Shown: positions 24,625-37,129 of the stretch, one piece after another
How positions within the stretch are numbered: position 1 is the first letter of the stretch
Layout of the letters: the number at the start of each line of letters is the position of its first letter
From: Octopus bimaculoides
Taxonomy: Eukaryota
Length of the DNA stretch: 64,000 nt
Direction of reading: 5' to 3'
Assembly (NCBI RefSeq): GCF_001194135.2
Contig: NC_068981.1
Span: 63,503,636-63,567,635, forward strand
Position numbers and translations under genes: made by a program
Notes under the pieces: generated by a model
Database searches by the model: none
What the model was told of the DNA's origin: nothing
What the model saw: the letters and a program-made list of their open reading frames with translations, nothing else

Positions 24625-24708
<84 letters not shown>

Positions 24709-24716
24709 GCACACAC

Positions 24717-24750
<34 letters not shown>

Positions 24751-25290
24751 TTCCAGCACCCAAATCTATTACACTTTAGCTTACTTCTTCATTATTTATG
24801 TTAATCTCCCTGTCTTATCCACATCATCCCGCCCTTCATTGAAAGATAGTTGCTTGCATTCTCTTCCCGACTCTGCAATGCTTCCCACTAAGACAACAGT
24901 CTTAGATGGCAGTTTCTATGGTGATACATACACACTTCGTACTATGCAATTATGCTTACCTGATTGTTTCTTGGAAATCTTTGTGAGTTCGGTTAACAAA
25001 CTGTAGGATTAAGTATGACTCGTATTTCTCTCTTCCACGCATTCTCACCTCTACTCTTATTTCTGAGGTCATCGTCGTCGTCGTCGTTATCATCATCATC
25101 ATCATCATCATCATTATCACTATCACTTTAATCCCTTTCCTCCTAAACATAAACATCTTCACCCGCTCCTCCTCTTCCTGCTTCCCTTTCCTCCTTCCCA
25201 CCTCCTCCCTCCCTCCCCTCTTTCCTCCTCTCTCCTTTCCCCCTCTCTCCTTTCCTTCCACCTCTCTCCTCTCCTTCTTCCTTTGGGTGT

Positions 25291-25530
25291 CTTCTACCAA
25301 AGCATCGGGCCGACCAAAGCCTTGTGAATGGATTTGGTAGACGGAAACTAAAAAAGAAAGAAAAACTTGTATATGTGTGTGCGGTTGGTTGGGCGGGTAG
25401 TGGTGTCTGTGTTTGTCCGGTGTTAGTGTGTTTACACTCCTCTCACTTAGCGATTCGGAATAAAAGACTGACAGAATAAGGACCAAACTGAAAAAAGTAT
25501 TGAGGTCGATTCGTTCGACTAAAATTCCTT
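25291..25530 (+). mobile_element. SINE family D, internal part
   Basis: cgggccgaccaaagccttgtgaatggatttggtagacggaaac...gaggtcgattcgttcgactaaa. Confidence 0.8.
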
Positions 25531-25660
25531 CAACTGAATCGGGTAAAAAGGGTAAAAAAGGTAAAAAGAAAAAAGACACGTCTATAAGACATGCTTTCTC
25601 AAGACCAATACTGCAGATTAGAAGGCTTTCAACAGTATATATATATATATTTTTTTATTT

Positions 25661-25950
25661 ATGTGTCCTTTTAAAGCCTAGCCAGATTCATGGGACCGGT
25701 TTCCCGGTTTCGATGGTGCATGTGTTCCCCCCAGCTGGACGGGACGCCAGTCCATCGCAGCTGTACTCAAGAAACAGGAAGAAGGAGTGAGAGAAAGTTG
25801 GGGCGAAAGAGTACAACAGGGTTCGCCACCACCCCCTGCTAGAGCCTCGTGGAGCTTTAGGTGTTTTCGCTCAATAAATACACACAATGCCCGGTGTGGG
25901 AATCGAAACCGCGATCATCGGACCGCGAGTCCGCTCCCCTAACCACTGGG
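25661..25950 (-). mobile_element. SINE family B1, head runs into a gap
   Basis: Aligns along its length to 12809-13118. Confidence 0.9.
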
Positions 25951-26764
25951 NNNNNNNNNNNNNNNNNNNNNNNNNNNNNNNNNNNNNNNNNNNNNNNNNN
26001 NNNNNNNNNNNNNNNNNNNNNNNNNNNNNNNNNNNNNNNNNNNNNNNNNNNNNNNNNNNNNNNNNNNNNNNNNNNNNNNNNNNNNNNNNNNNNNNNNNNN
26101 NNNNNNNNNNNNNNNNNNNNNNNNNNNNNNNNNNNNNNNNNNNNNNNNNNNNNNNNNNNNNNNNNNNNNNNNNNNNNNNNNNNNNNNNNNNNNNNNNNNN
26201 NNNNNNNNNGAGGCTGCCAGGGAAAATGTTGGACGATCAACACAAAAGAATGAAGAGATACAGCATAGTGAGGACCCGAGGTATGGCATCCACCTCTGAC
26301 ATACGAAAAAGATTGGTGCAAAGTTTTTTCCGACAGCATCTGTACAATTGCACCAGAAGTACTCGGCTGAAGTAAAACTACAATAGATTGAACACAAACA
26401 CTACACAGGCAAGATACAACGAAACAAGGATACACAATACGGCCTTACAGCCCTGTGAAAAGAAACATGTTTCTGCTACGGCAACTAAACTTTATATTCC
26501 CAGACACATATAATCACTTCCCATCAAATATCTAGATAAACATCAAAAAAACCTAAAACACTTCATTAATACCATGCTAAGATGAGTCATTCCAATAAAT
26601 CCAAGTATTCTGTTGGAAAATGAATAGAAATAAGATAAAATTAGCATCGTTAAACTTTACCAGCCATACCAAATATGCTTAGATGTACTTAAGTCCTTCG
26701 CTGCCTATGGCGTGTTCGACGACTGTTCTTCACTCCACTGTTCTTGACTCTGGGCTGTTCTTGA

Positions 26765-26925
<161 letters not shown>

Positions 26926-28845
26926 GCATCGTTACTATCACAGCCAAATTCATCACAAGCTCTACCATTGTAACTAAACCAAAGTTAACCACTTCGTCGT
27001 TCTATTACTGAACACAACCACAGCTATAATATCCATCATCTTCATCATCATCCTCACCAGGATCCTCCTCCTTATCATAAGACCATCGCCATCATCCCCA
27101 ATAACCACGACCGTCCCTAGTACAACCATCTTCCCTGCAATTTCGCTACAATGCCAATAACGAACTCCACCACCACTACCATCGTAACAACGTCCACCAC
27201 TACCACTACCACCACCACCACCACCACTATCACCATCACCATCATCATCATCATCATCATCATCACTACCGAAACAATGATAGCAATAACTTCATCACCA
27301 ATTTCACCACAATAATCATCACCATGGGCACCATCACCGCCGCCACCTTCCTCGCCAACTACAGCACGGCTACAATGCCACGGACCCTACTATCACCACT
27401 ACCACCACCACAACAACAAAAACNNNNNNNNNNNNNNNNNNNNNNNNNNNNNNNNNNNNNNNNNNNNNNNNNNNNNNNNNNNNNNNNNNNNNNNNNNNNN
27501 NNNNNNNNNNNNNNNNNNNNNNNNNNNNNNNNNNNNNNNNNNNNNNNNNNNNNNNNNNNNNNNNNNNNNNNNNNNNNNNNNNNNNNNNNNNNNNNNNNNN
27601 NNNNNNNNNNNNNNNNNNNNNNNNNNNNNNNNNNNNNNNNNNNNNNNNNNNNNNNNNNNNNNNNNNNNNNNNNNNNNNNNNNNNNNNNNNNNNNNNNNNN
27701 NNNNNNNNNNNNNNNNNNNNNNNNNNNNNNNNNNNNNNNNNNNNNNNNNNNNNNNNNNNNNNNNNNNNNNNNNNNNNNNNNNNNNNNNNNNNNNNNNNNN
27801 NCCACCAACAACAACAACACCACTACCACCACTACCATCATCACCACCACCACCACCACAACAACAACACCAAATCAACAATGAGCCTCACCACCACCAC
27901 CATCATAAGCACCTCCCCTCTTTCACCACCATCACCATCATCATCACCAGCATCACAGCAACCACCTCAGGAACACCAACCACCAAAATTACTACTGCAA
28001 ACCTTACCACCACCACCACAACCTTCACTACAACCTTCATTAGCAGCAGCAGCAGCACCACCACTACTATCACCACCACCACCAACAACAACGAAACCAT
28101 CGCCATCGCCGCCACCAATCACCTTTTGTTCCTGTACAGCGTTCATGAAAATGGTGGACCAGCGGAAGAGCGGAGATAGTTGCTGTGTTGCTGTGATGTC
28201 ATCAGATACTGTGGTATAAACAGCAGATGCGGTGGATGAGAGGATTATAGTATTGAAGTGTAATTAATTGTCAGTTAGAAGTGAGAAGCATATAATTACG
28301 TATAAACGTTTGTGTGGGTGTTTTTAGGTGACTCTGCAATTGGCTGTATGTACGTACGCACCTACGTATACGTATGTATGTGTATATTATGAGTTTGTGT
28401 GTGTGTGTGTGCGTGTGTGTGTGTGTATGTGTGTGTATGTATATATGTATGTATATATGTATGTGTGTACGCATAAGTATGTATGTTTGTATGTGTGTAT
28501 TTATGTATGTACATATGTCTGTATGTACGTATGTATGTGTGTATGTATGTATTTTTGCATATTTGTATGTATATTTGTGCGTATGGAAGTGAGTATATGT
28601 GTATGTAGGTTTATTTTTATGTAATATATATGTATATGTATGTATGTATGTATGTATGTATGCATGTATGCGGTTGTATGTATGAATGTTTGTACGTATT
28701 TATGTATGCTTCTATATTTGTATGTTTGTGCATATGTGCGAATCTATCTGTGATTATGCGCGTATGTTCATAAATATCTATATGTATGCATATATGTGTG
28801 CATATGCGATTGCTTGCTTGTATGTATAAATGTATATTTATGTAT

Positions 28846-28879
<34 letters not shown>

Positions 28880-28984
28880 NNNNNNNNNNATATTTATATT
28901 TACATATACTCTTTTATTATTCTTTTATTCTTTCATGCGTTTCAGATATGCGTCTACGGTCATGCTGGAGCACCACCGTAGGTT

Positions 28985-29152
28985 TCCTGACGTGGGTGTG
29001 TAATCAGTCAGTTTGTGCCAGCCACGAGGCCAGACATCCCTGAAAGTTTTGTCCGAATCCATCCAGCAGTTCTTGAGATATTTTGTCCACGGACAAACAA
29101 ACAAACACGACTGAAAACAATACCTCCGCCTTAGCGAAGGCGGAGGTAATAA
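28985..29152 (+). mobile_element. Probable 3' end of a non-autonomous Helentron-type (HINE-like) element
   Basis: (ACAA)n-cacgactgaaaacaa, then a 10 bp perfect hairpin tacctccgcc/ggcggaggta (29121-29148) ending in ataa. Family assignment is from memory. Confidence 0.5.
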
Positions 29153-30049
29153 GTAGAAGAATACAAATATATAAAAAAAAAAAAGTCAAGGGAGGTAACT
29201 GCAATGCAATTCCGTCACACGATCCAGTCAATGGGCGTATATTTTCGACGAATTTCCTAGTGACCGAGAAAAACATCCACGTGCTAGTGATCGCCACGTG
29301 TATGATTAATTTATCTTGTGATAACTTTGTTGGCCACCAGTTATTAAACTTAATTCATCATCGAAACCTATGGAGAGGCTGAATATAATGACTGATGACA
29401 AAGTTCCAATTTACCCATTCATTTAACAAGCATTTTATTTTTCATTTGTAATTTTGTTTCTCGCTACTCCCATTCTATTTGAATAGTAACCACAGAAAAC
29501 ATCTCCGTCTGAATGTACGTTCTCTCCTATTTTTAGCTATTTGAAGTCTCTCTGCTGGGTGGGAGCAGATTTCTAGCAAAGATTCAAAACTCCAATCGTA
29601 TATATATATGCTCCATCGCCGAAATTTTAGACTTTTACTCATTCTCACCGCAAGCCTACTTATTCATTCTACTACTCAGTTAAGCATGTAAATTAAGCAT
29701 AAGATTAACTTTTAATTTTTTGTAATTATCTTCCCTTTTTTGTGAGAGAGAGTCTCTAACGATTATCAGCAGATTTTAGCTTTTCTTCCCTTATATTTAA
29801 GGTCATAGTAATGTCAGTTGTTAGCAGTGTGGGTGTGGTTATGGTTGAAGTGATAGTACTGCTGTTGGTGTTGTGATGGTAGTGGTAGTGGTGATAATGA
29901 TGGTTATGGTTACCGAGTGGAAATTTCAAAGAATTGGAAAAATCTTTTGCACAAGGCTTCATCACATCTACATTCAATTTATCATTCCATTTTCAGCGGC
30001 TTCACCATCGTTACTTTGTACATTAAATCATTATGTATGCAAAATCATT

Positions 30050-30233
30050 AACTCGCCGGACAAAATGCTTAGCTGTATTTCGTCTGTTTTCACATTCTGA
30101 GTCAGATTCCACCAAGGTCGACTTTGCCCTTCACCCAACGGGGTCGACAAAATTAATACCAATTGAGCACTGGGGTCGGTGTGATCGGCCATTCCTTCCC
30201 CAAAATTTCAGGCCTTGTGTCTATAGTAGAAAA
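30050..30233 (+). mobile_element. SINE family A (A2 tail)
   Basis: gccggacaaaatgcttagc...gtcgactttgcc...aaatttcaggccttgtgtctatagtagaaa. Confidence 0.85.
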
Positions 30234-30329
30234 TTACTATGTACATATGAAATTCATTATCTAATGAAGCAAGAATATTGTTTATCAATTTACCGATATT
30301 TTATTTATCATTTTGTTTTTCTTTTACTT

Positions 30330-30650
30330 TTTCAGTGATTAGATTGCAGCCATGCTGGAACACCAACTTGGAGGGTTTAAGTATAACAAATCGATACCAA
30401 TACTTGTTTTTAAGCCTAGTATTTATTCCGTACATTCTTTTACCAAAGTTCTAAGTTATGCAGACGCAAACGAACCAACACCAGTTACGAATCGGTTGAG
30501 GGGACAAACACAGGCGCATAGTCACATACAGACATATCTATACTCGATGGTCTTCCGTTTACCAAATTCACTGAGAAGGTATTGCTTTACCCGTGGCTAT
30601 AATAGCAGAAACTTGCCCAAGGTACCGATCAAAGGGACTGAACCTGACAC
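30330..30650 (-). mobile_element. SINE family D, diverged
   Basis: Tail gcagccatgctggaacacc and centre acttgcccaaggtaccg. A further D-like fragment lies at about 30735-30880. Confidence 0.78.
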
Positions 30651-30948
30651 ACGACGGGTTTTTGCTTATTCTAAAATATTGATTCCTAGCTTTATTTATA
30701 CAAAAGGTCACAAATTTGGACGAAGGGATAAAGTTGTTTAAATCGACCCCGTTCTTAATCCTCTTTTAGTTTTAGGACTGTGACACAAATGGACCGTATC
30801 CGGTGTTTATTTTTTAATCTGGTATTTATTCTATGGCTCTCTTTTATGGAACCACTAAGATACAGAAACGTGAAAAAAAACAAAAAAAAACAAAACAAAA
30901 AAGCAACAACATATACATACATGCATGCCTGCGCACGTACAAAGGTCA

Positions 30949-31541
30949 TTGTTGTTTTCGTCACATTTTACAATTATCTTCAAAAAAATTTTTTAATGTA
31001 TCATATAGATGTAATTTTTGACGCTGAATCCGAATTTGTTACTCATTTATTCTAGAAAAATTTTGTAAAAATGCTACAGATATTCAAAGTTTGATAATTT
31101 TTAGGATTTTCAGCCAATCAGAAAACAGCATGTTAGTTGCCTCTTCCATCATCAGGGGGAGGGGGTGCATCGGCATGTCAAAACATTAAAGTAGGATTTT
31201 ATAAAATGAATTATATTTCTCGTATCACCTCCTCCTTGTGCGCATGCGCAGCATCTTTGGTTACTATGGAAACAGTTCTTCGCTATCAGCTATGCAACAC
31301 ATGGTGCTACTTTGCTTTGGTTACTATGGAAATAGAAATTTTCACCACGGTGATATGTAAGACACTCGCTTCTGATTGGATAAAATACCCAAATTTTGAA
31401 AATTTTAAAGACTAATAACTTTTTAGTCATGGATTTAGGTAAAATCGAATTTTATTCTTATAATTAGTATACACAACTTAATCCATATACCAAATTTGAA
31501 AACAATTGGAGCAAAATTGTAAACAGTGACGAAAACCACAA
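30949..31541. mobile_element. MITE or foldback element of about 590 bp
   Basis: Terminal inverted repeat 30949-30975 vs 31515-31541 matches at 24/27 positions. Inner inverted pair ccaatcagaa (31114) and ttctgattgg (31370-31379). Confidence 0.7.
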
Positions 31542-31753
31542 AGATATATATACACATACATACATAAACACATACACACACACACACGACGGGTTTCTAC
31601 ATACTTTCTGTCTACCATATTCACTCACAAGGCACTGGTCAGCTGGGTGCTATAATAATTTGCCAAATTGAGGTCTTCAATAAGATACCAGAATACCAAT
31701 GCACACACACATATATATATACACACACATACATATATATACATATATATATA

Positions 31754-31784
<31 letters not shown>

Positions 31785-31871
31785 GCGTATATATATATAC
31801 ACACATACATACATACATACATAATACATACACAATAGCTTCCACCTACCATCTACCAGATTCACTCTTAA

Positions 31872-32091
31872 CCCTTTAACGTTTAAACCGGTCATATGCA
31901 ACCCAAATATTCTTCCTGTTTTATGTTCAAACTAGCTAGATCTGGCCTCTTAGACCTACTCTATAATGTCATTCCTAAAATAAAGAATCCCAACATTGGA
32001 ATCTCAAAACTACAAGACAGTACATGAAAAATTCAAAATGATGTGAAAAAATACGTATTGCATTTGACAGGATAATCTGAATGCTAAAGAG
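31872..32091. mobile_element. piggyBac-like non-autonomous element nested in a SINE D copy
   Basis: TTAA-ccctttaacgtttaaa...tctgaatgctaaagag-TTGA. SINE D sequence stops at ttcactc (31867) and resumes at 32096. Confidence 0.6.
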
Positions 32092-32095
32092 TTGA

Positions 32096-32206
32096 GGTAT
32101 TTGCCAGCAAAGGGCTATAATAGAAGACACTTGCCCAGCATACCACACAGTGAGACTGAACCTGAAACCATGTGGTTGTAAAGCGAGCTTCTTATCCACA
32201 CAGCCA
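32096..32206 (-). mobile_element. SINE family D 5' part (continuation of 31835-31867)
   Basis: gctataatagaagacacttgccc...actgaacctgaaaccatgtggttg...cacacagcca. Confidence 0.8.
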
Positions 32207-32552
32207 AGGGCACTTTATTGTTTCCGAATCCAAGAGTACGAAAGATAAAGTTTTGCTTGGGCGCGATTATGAAGGAGAGTATTTAAAGACTGGTGCGCTA
32301 CTGGTTCTGCCAATCCTACTGTAGACATTTATAATAGACTTTGGGACACCAAATTTGGAAGAAAAAATATTATAGAGACACGTATCGACCACATTCCTTC
32401 ATTGACGCTTTATCTTATCAACCCCGGAATTGTCCACTGCTTGATTTGAACTCAGAATGTAAAATGACATAAAAATACTGCAAGGAATTTTTGTCCAGCA
32501 TCTTGTCAATATTGTTAAAGCATTGTCCTACGAAGATGAAAAAAATAATCCT

Positions 32553-32761
32553 TTTTACTGAAGGAACAAGGCCTTGAAATTTTGGTGGAGGGACCTAGAG
32601 GATTACATCGACCCGGTGTCTCACTGGTACTTAATTTATCGACCTCGAAAGGATGAAAGGCAAATTCAACCTCAACGGAATTTGAACTCAGAACGCAGTG
32701 ACGGGCGAAATACTGCTAAGCATTTCGCCCGGCGTGCTAACGATTCTGCCTGCTCACCACC
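32553..32761 (-). mobile_element. SINE family A (A2 tail), full length
   Basis: Aligns to the other A copies. Confidence 0.9.
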
Positions 32762-32867
32762 TAGAAAATGAAAAAATAATGGGTACTATGAAGTTGAAGA
32801 GAGATGGGGAAAGAATTTTAGAAAATATAGCGTGCAACTGAACGAGTTAAATATGGAAAAAATAACT

Positions 32868-33106
32868 ATATATCTTTTATCTTTTACTTGTTTCAGTCAT
32901 GAAACTTCGGCCATGCTGGGGCACCGCCTTGAAGAATTTTTAGTCGAATGAATCAATCCCAATACTTTATTTTTTAAGCTTAGTACTTATCCTATCGATC
33001 ACTTTGCCGAACCTCTAAGTTACGGAAACTTAAACACGCCATTCAAAGTCGTCAAGCAGTGGTGGGGTACAAACATAGACACAAAGACATACACGCATAT
33101 ATATAA
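32868..33106 (-). mobile_element. SINE family D, 3' half, runs into a gap
   Basis: Tail gtttcagtcat...ggccatgctggggcaccgcc. Confidence 0.85.
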
Positions 33107-34515
33107 NNNNNNNNNNNNNNNNNNNNNNNNNNNNNNNNNNNNNNNNNNNNNNNNNNNNNNNNNNNNNNNNNNNNNNNNNNNNNNNNNNNNNNNNNNNNNN
33201 NNNNNNNNNNNNNNNNNNNNNNNNNNNNNNNNNNNNNNNNNNNNNNNNNNNNNNNNNNNNNNNNNNNNNNNNNNNNNNNNNNNNNNNNNNNNNNNNNNNN
33301 NNNNNNNNNNNNNNNNNNNNNNNNNNNNNNNNNNNNNNNNNNNNNNNNNNNNNNNNNNNNNNNNNNNNNNNNNNNNNNNNNNNNNNNNNNNNNNNNNNNN
33401 NNNNNNNNNNNNNNNNNNNNNNNNNNNNNNNNNNNNNNNNNNNNNNNNNNNNNNNNNNNNNNNNNNNNNNNNNNNNNNNNNNNNNNNNNNNNNNNNNNNN
33501 NNNNNNNNNNNNNNNNNNNNNNNNNNNNNNNNNNNNNNNNNNNNNNNNNNNNNNNNNNNNNNNNNNNNNNNNNNNNNNNNNNNNNNNNNNNNNNNNNNNN
33601 NNNNNNNNNNNNNNTATATATATATATATATATATGAGAAAAAATTCTAGCAAACCGAAATATGAACGAGTGAAAATTAATATGAAGTGCAGCAGTGAAA
33701 ATTATATTTCATACTACAGGTAATGGTGAAGAAGGAACCAAAACAGAGAAATTGCAAGAGAACAAGCGAAGAAATTGGCAGCAATAAATTGGTATATCAT
33801 TACTAAAAATTTCTCCCCGCCTTCCACGTACTCCATTCCGTTTGTCTCTATTTCAATTCCCCCCCTCCTCCATCCCCCTCTTCTATCTCCGCTTCTCTTT
33901 TAGACTCTTTTATTCTGTTTAGTTGTCCACAAATGGCTCTTTTCTCCTTCATCAGTTCAACCAGATAAGCGACCACAGCGGTACAAGAAGATGGATACAA
34001 GCTAGTTGAGTTGAGAAGAGCCTAATTGATACGTCTGCTACTGCTCAAGTCTTAAGATTGCCGTTTCCATTGTAGCAATACTTCGCCGCCAAATCGCAGG
34101 AATGAATTCATCAAACGCCGCTACTCTATTATTATCGCGTGGTTAAAGTTGACGAGCGAGATCAGAATAAAATCATGGCGGTCCTCCTTATTCTAGCACA
34201 TTCTTTCCATAATATTCTCCACTCTCGTTTTTCTTTCCCCAATTATTCTTCTTCCCTATTCGCTTTCTTTCTATCTTTCATTCCCTTACTCTTGCTCATT
34301 CTCTTTGTATGTATGAATGTATGGTATATATTGCATGTATGTATGTATATATGTATGTATGTATGCAAGTATGTTAGCATGGATGTATGCGCACACACAC
34401 ACACACACACATACACACAAACTTTGCTTATATTTCTCGCTAAATTTCTACAAGTTCTCGCTCTTCGTAAGATCTATTTTTCATTCTTTGTTATCGTTCT
34501 TTCTTTCTTTCTTTA

Positions 34516-34546
<31 letters not shown>

Positions 34547-34713
34547 TTTCTTTAAAATTTTGATCTATGGCTCTCGCCTTTTCTCATGTTCTTTCAAATA
34601 CACATTATTTTCTCTCTCTTACATCTTTCTCATTTTCATTCTTCTGTCTCAAGTTTTTTCTGTCGGAAAACAAAGATATACCATTTTTATACATACATAC
34701 ATACATACATGCA

Positions 34714-34783
<70 letters not shown>

Positions 34784-34973
34784 CCTATCTATCTATCTAT
34801 CTACCTTATCTTTCTATCCGGATGTCTGTTGAGTTGCATGTATGGATTTATATATGCATACATACATACATGCATATATACATGCATACATATATATATA
34901 TTCATACACATATACATACACGCATAAATATATATACATATATACACACACACATATACACACATATATATAT

Positions 34974-35019
<46 letters not shown>

Positions 35020-35562
35020 CCATATATACATATACACACATATATATATATACATATACACATATGTACATATAAATATACATATATGTGCATATACATA
35101 TGTACATGTATATATAATATATATAATGCGCGCGCGCGTGTGTATGTGTGTGTAACACAATCATTCCTTCGTCTCAGTATATTCTGCCCCATTCACACAT
35201 CACCTCGGAGCCCCATAGCAACATCTCACAGCCCTTATCTCTTTAAAGCTTTCCTTCTTTCCCTTCCGTTCTAAATTGTTCTGCTAATCTTCTGCCCACC
35301 CATTGTCAGTATTGTCATTGTTCTGCCACATTTAAATACTATTTTGTAGAAAACAATAGATTTACAGCAACTCTTTTGCTTCTTTCAGGAAGACTAAAAG
35401 ATAATTTTTTCCAAATAACATTAACATGATTTCCGTTCTTGTTGTTGCAGTTAATTCATGTATATTTAGGCATATACATACATACATACATACATACATC
35501 AAAATGTTCACTCGTATGCATGTATACATATATACACACACAAACACTCAGACACACACGCA

Positions 35563-35601
<39 letters not shown>

Positions 35602-36284
35602 TGATGTGTGTGTGTGTGTGTGTGTGTAAATGTGTGCATATTTGTGTGTGTGATTGGTTGATCTGCAAAAATAAAATTATCATAACGCACAACATGTAAG
35701 CATGCGCAGACTGCAATTACGTAGAAATAGCACTAAATCGTTCGGACAAATGTATACATACACTCATGTACACATACGCATATATAAATATGCGCGTGCG
35801 CGTGCGCGCGCGTGTGTGTGTGTGTGTGTACGAGTAATTGAACAAACGAAAGAACACAGTGAATTGGAATTATATGTAGCTTACAACAATTTGCCTTAGA
35901 CCAACATTACTTAATATTTCGTGAGCTTCGAGCACACTCGTATCATCAGATGCTTGGCGAAATGCAGAGAGTTTCGAAGAAACTTATAACTGAATGTATA
36001 TAGGCGTTCAATAGGCGGTTAAATCTACGTGGCTGTTTTAGATATCATAGCGACATCAATTCTTTTAGTGACAGACCCACGTGGGAAAGCGTACACGATG
36101 TTGGTATAACTTAACATTTTGCAGAGTGTGATATTAATCTCAATGTCATCTATTTTTGATTTGGCGTATTACACGTAGAGCAGACATGATGTTGGCGTCA
36201 ATTAATCATCATTCTGTGGAATGTGGTATTCCAGCGACAACAGTTACTAATTGTGATTTAAAAAAAAAAAAAATTTTTTTTATA

Positions 36285-36890
36285 GTTTCAGCTTAGAGCT
36301 GCGGCCATGCTGATGCACCGCCGTGTTGCTACACTGTTATTACAGGGAGCCTCTTACAATTTGTGGCACTTGGTGAAGAATGGAGTTTGATTTAGCAACC
36401 CTGATTTGCACCTCCTGCCGCGAGGTAGGTTCATCTGGGACTCTCGACAGGAAGAGGTCCAGCTTTGATTTAAAAACCCCTACATCTACTTTGTGCATGT
36501 TCATCAGGCTCTTTGGGAGAATATTAAAAAGCTGTGGTCCCCTGAAACCCAAACTGTTGCAGTAACTGGTCCTGAAGCGCGATGGCATTGCTGGGATCTT
36601 TGGCACTATGCAGTGTCGTCCCGTTCTAGCATTGGTGTAGCTTTCAATGCCAAAATTTGACACAATTCCTTCCAGGATCTTCCAGATGTATATTACTGCA
36701 TACCTCTCCCGCCTTCTCTCCAGGGAGTAGAGTCTTAGCTGTTTCAGCCTTTCCCAGTAGCTGAGCAGTTGCAAAGAGACAATCTTCTTTGTGAATCTTC
36801 TCTGGATTGCTTCAAGGTCTGCTGTTAATTTGACACTGCTGGGTGACCACAGCTGTGAGCAGTAATCCAGGCGGCTGAGGACGGTAATCC
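36285..36890 (-). mobile_element. CR1-type LINE 3' end (ORF2 C-terminus plus 3' UTR), 5'-truncated
   Basis: Frame reads VLSRLDYCSQLWSP...LEAIQRRFTKKI...LSYWERLKQLRLYSLERRRERY...SKLDLFLSRVPDEP with stop at 36340-36342. A short UTR and A-rich tail follow. Confidence 0.92.
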
Positions 36891-37129
36891 ATTTGATAAT
36901 GAGTGGGTTGCATATGAGTTTGCATGAGCAGAATGAGTGAGTAATCTCTGTTCATGTTGTAACCTCTGTGGGCAACAGGGAATAATGTACATTACATTCT
37001 ACGTGGGTCAGTTAGGCCTAGAATGGTATGTATATCTGTTAAGTAGTGTGTAATGGCATGAAAGTTTTTCACACATGTTTAAGAGGTGAGTTTTCTCCCG
37101 GGTCTATCTCCGCAGCGGAAGGGTTTCTC

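Noticed and set aside
28141-28219. Plus-strand mini-exon candidate after ttttgttcctgtacag
   Set aside because: Very short, weak donor, embedded in low-complexity DNA, no homology.
35920-35950. Minus-strand CTGATGA-TAC-GAG(TGTG)CTC-GAAGCTC
   Set aside because: Needs several core changes (3 nt insertion, GAAG) and has no clear stem I; too degenerate to support.
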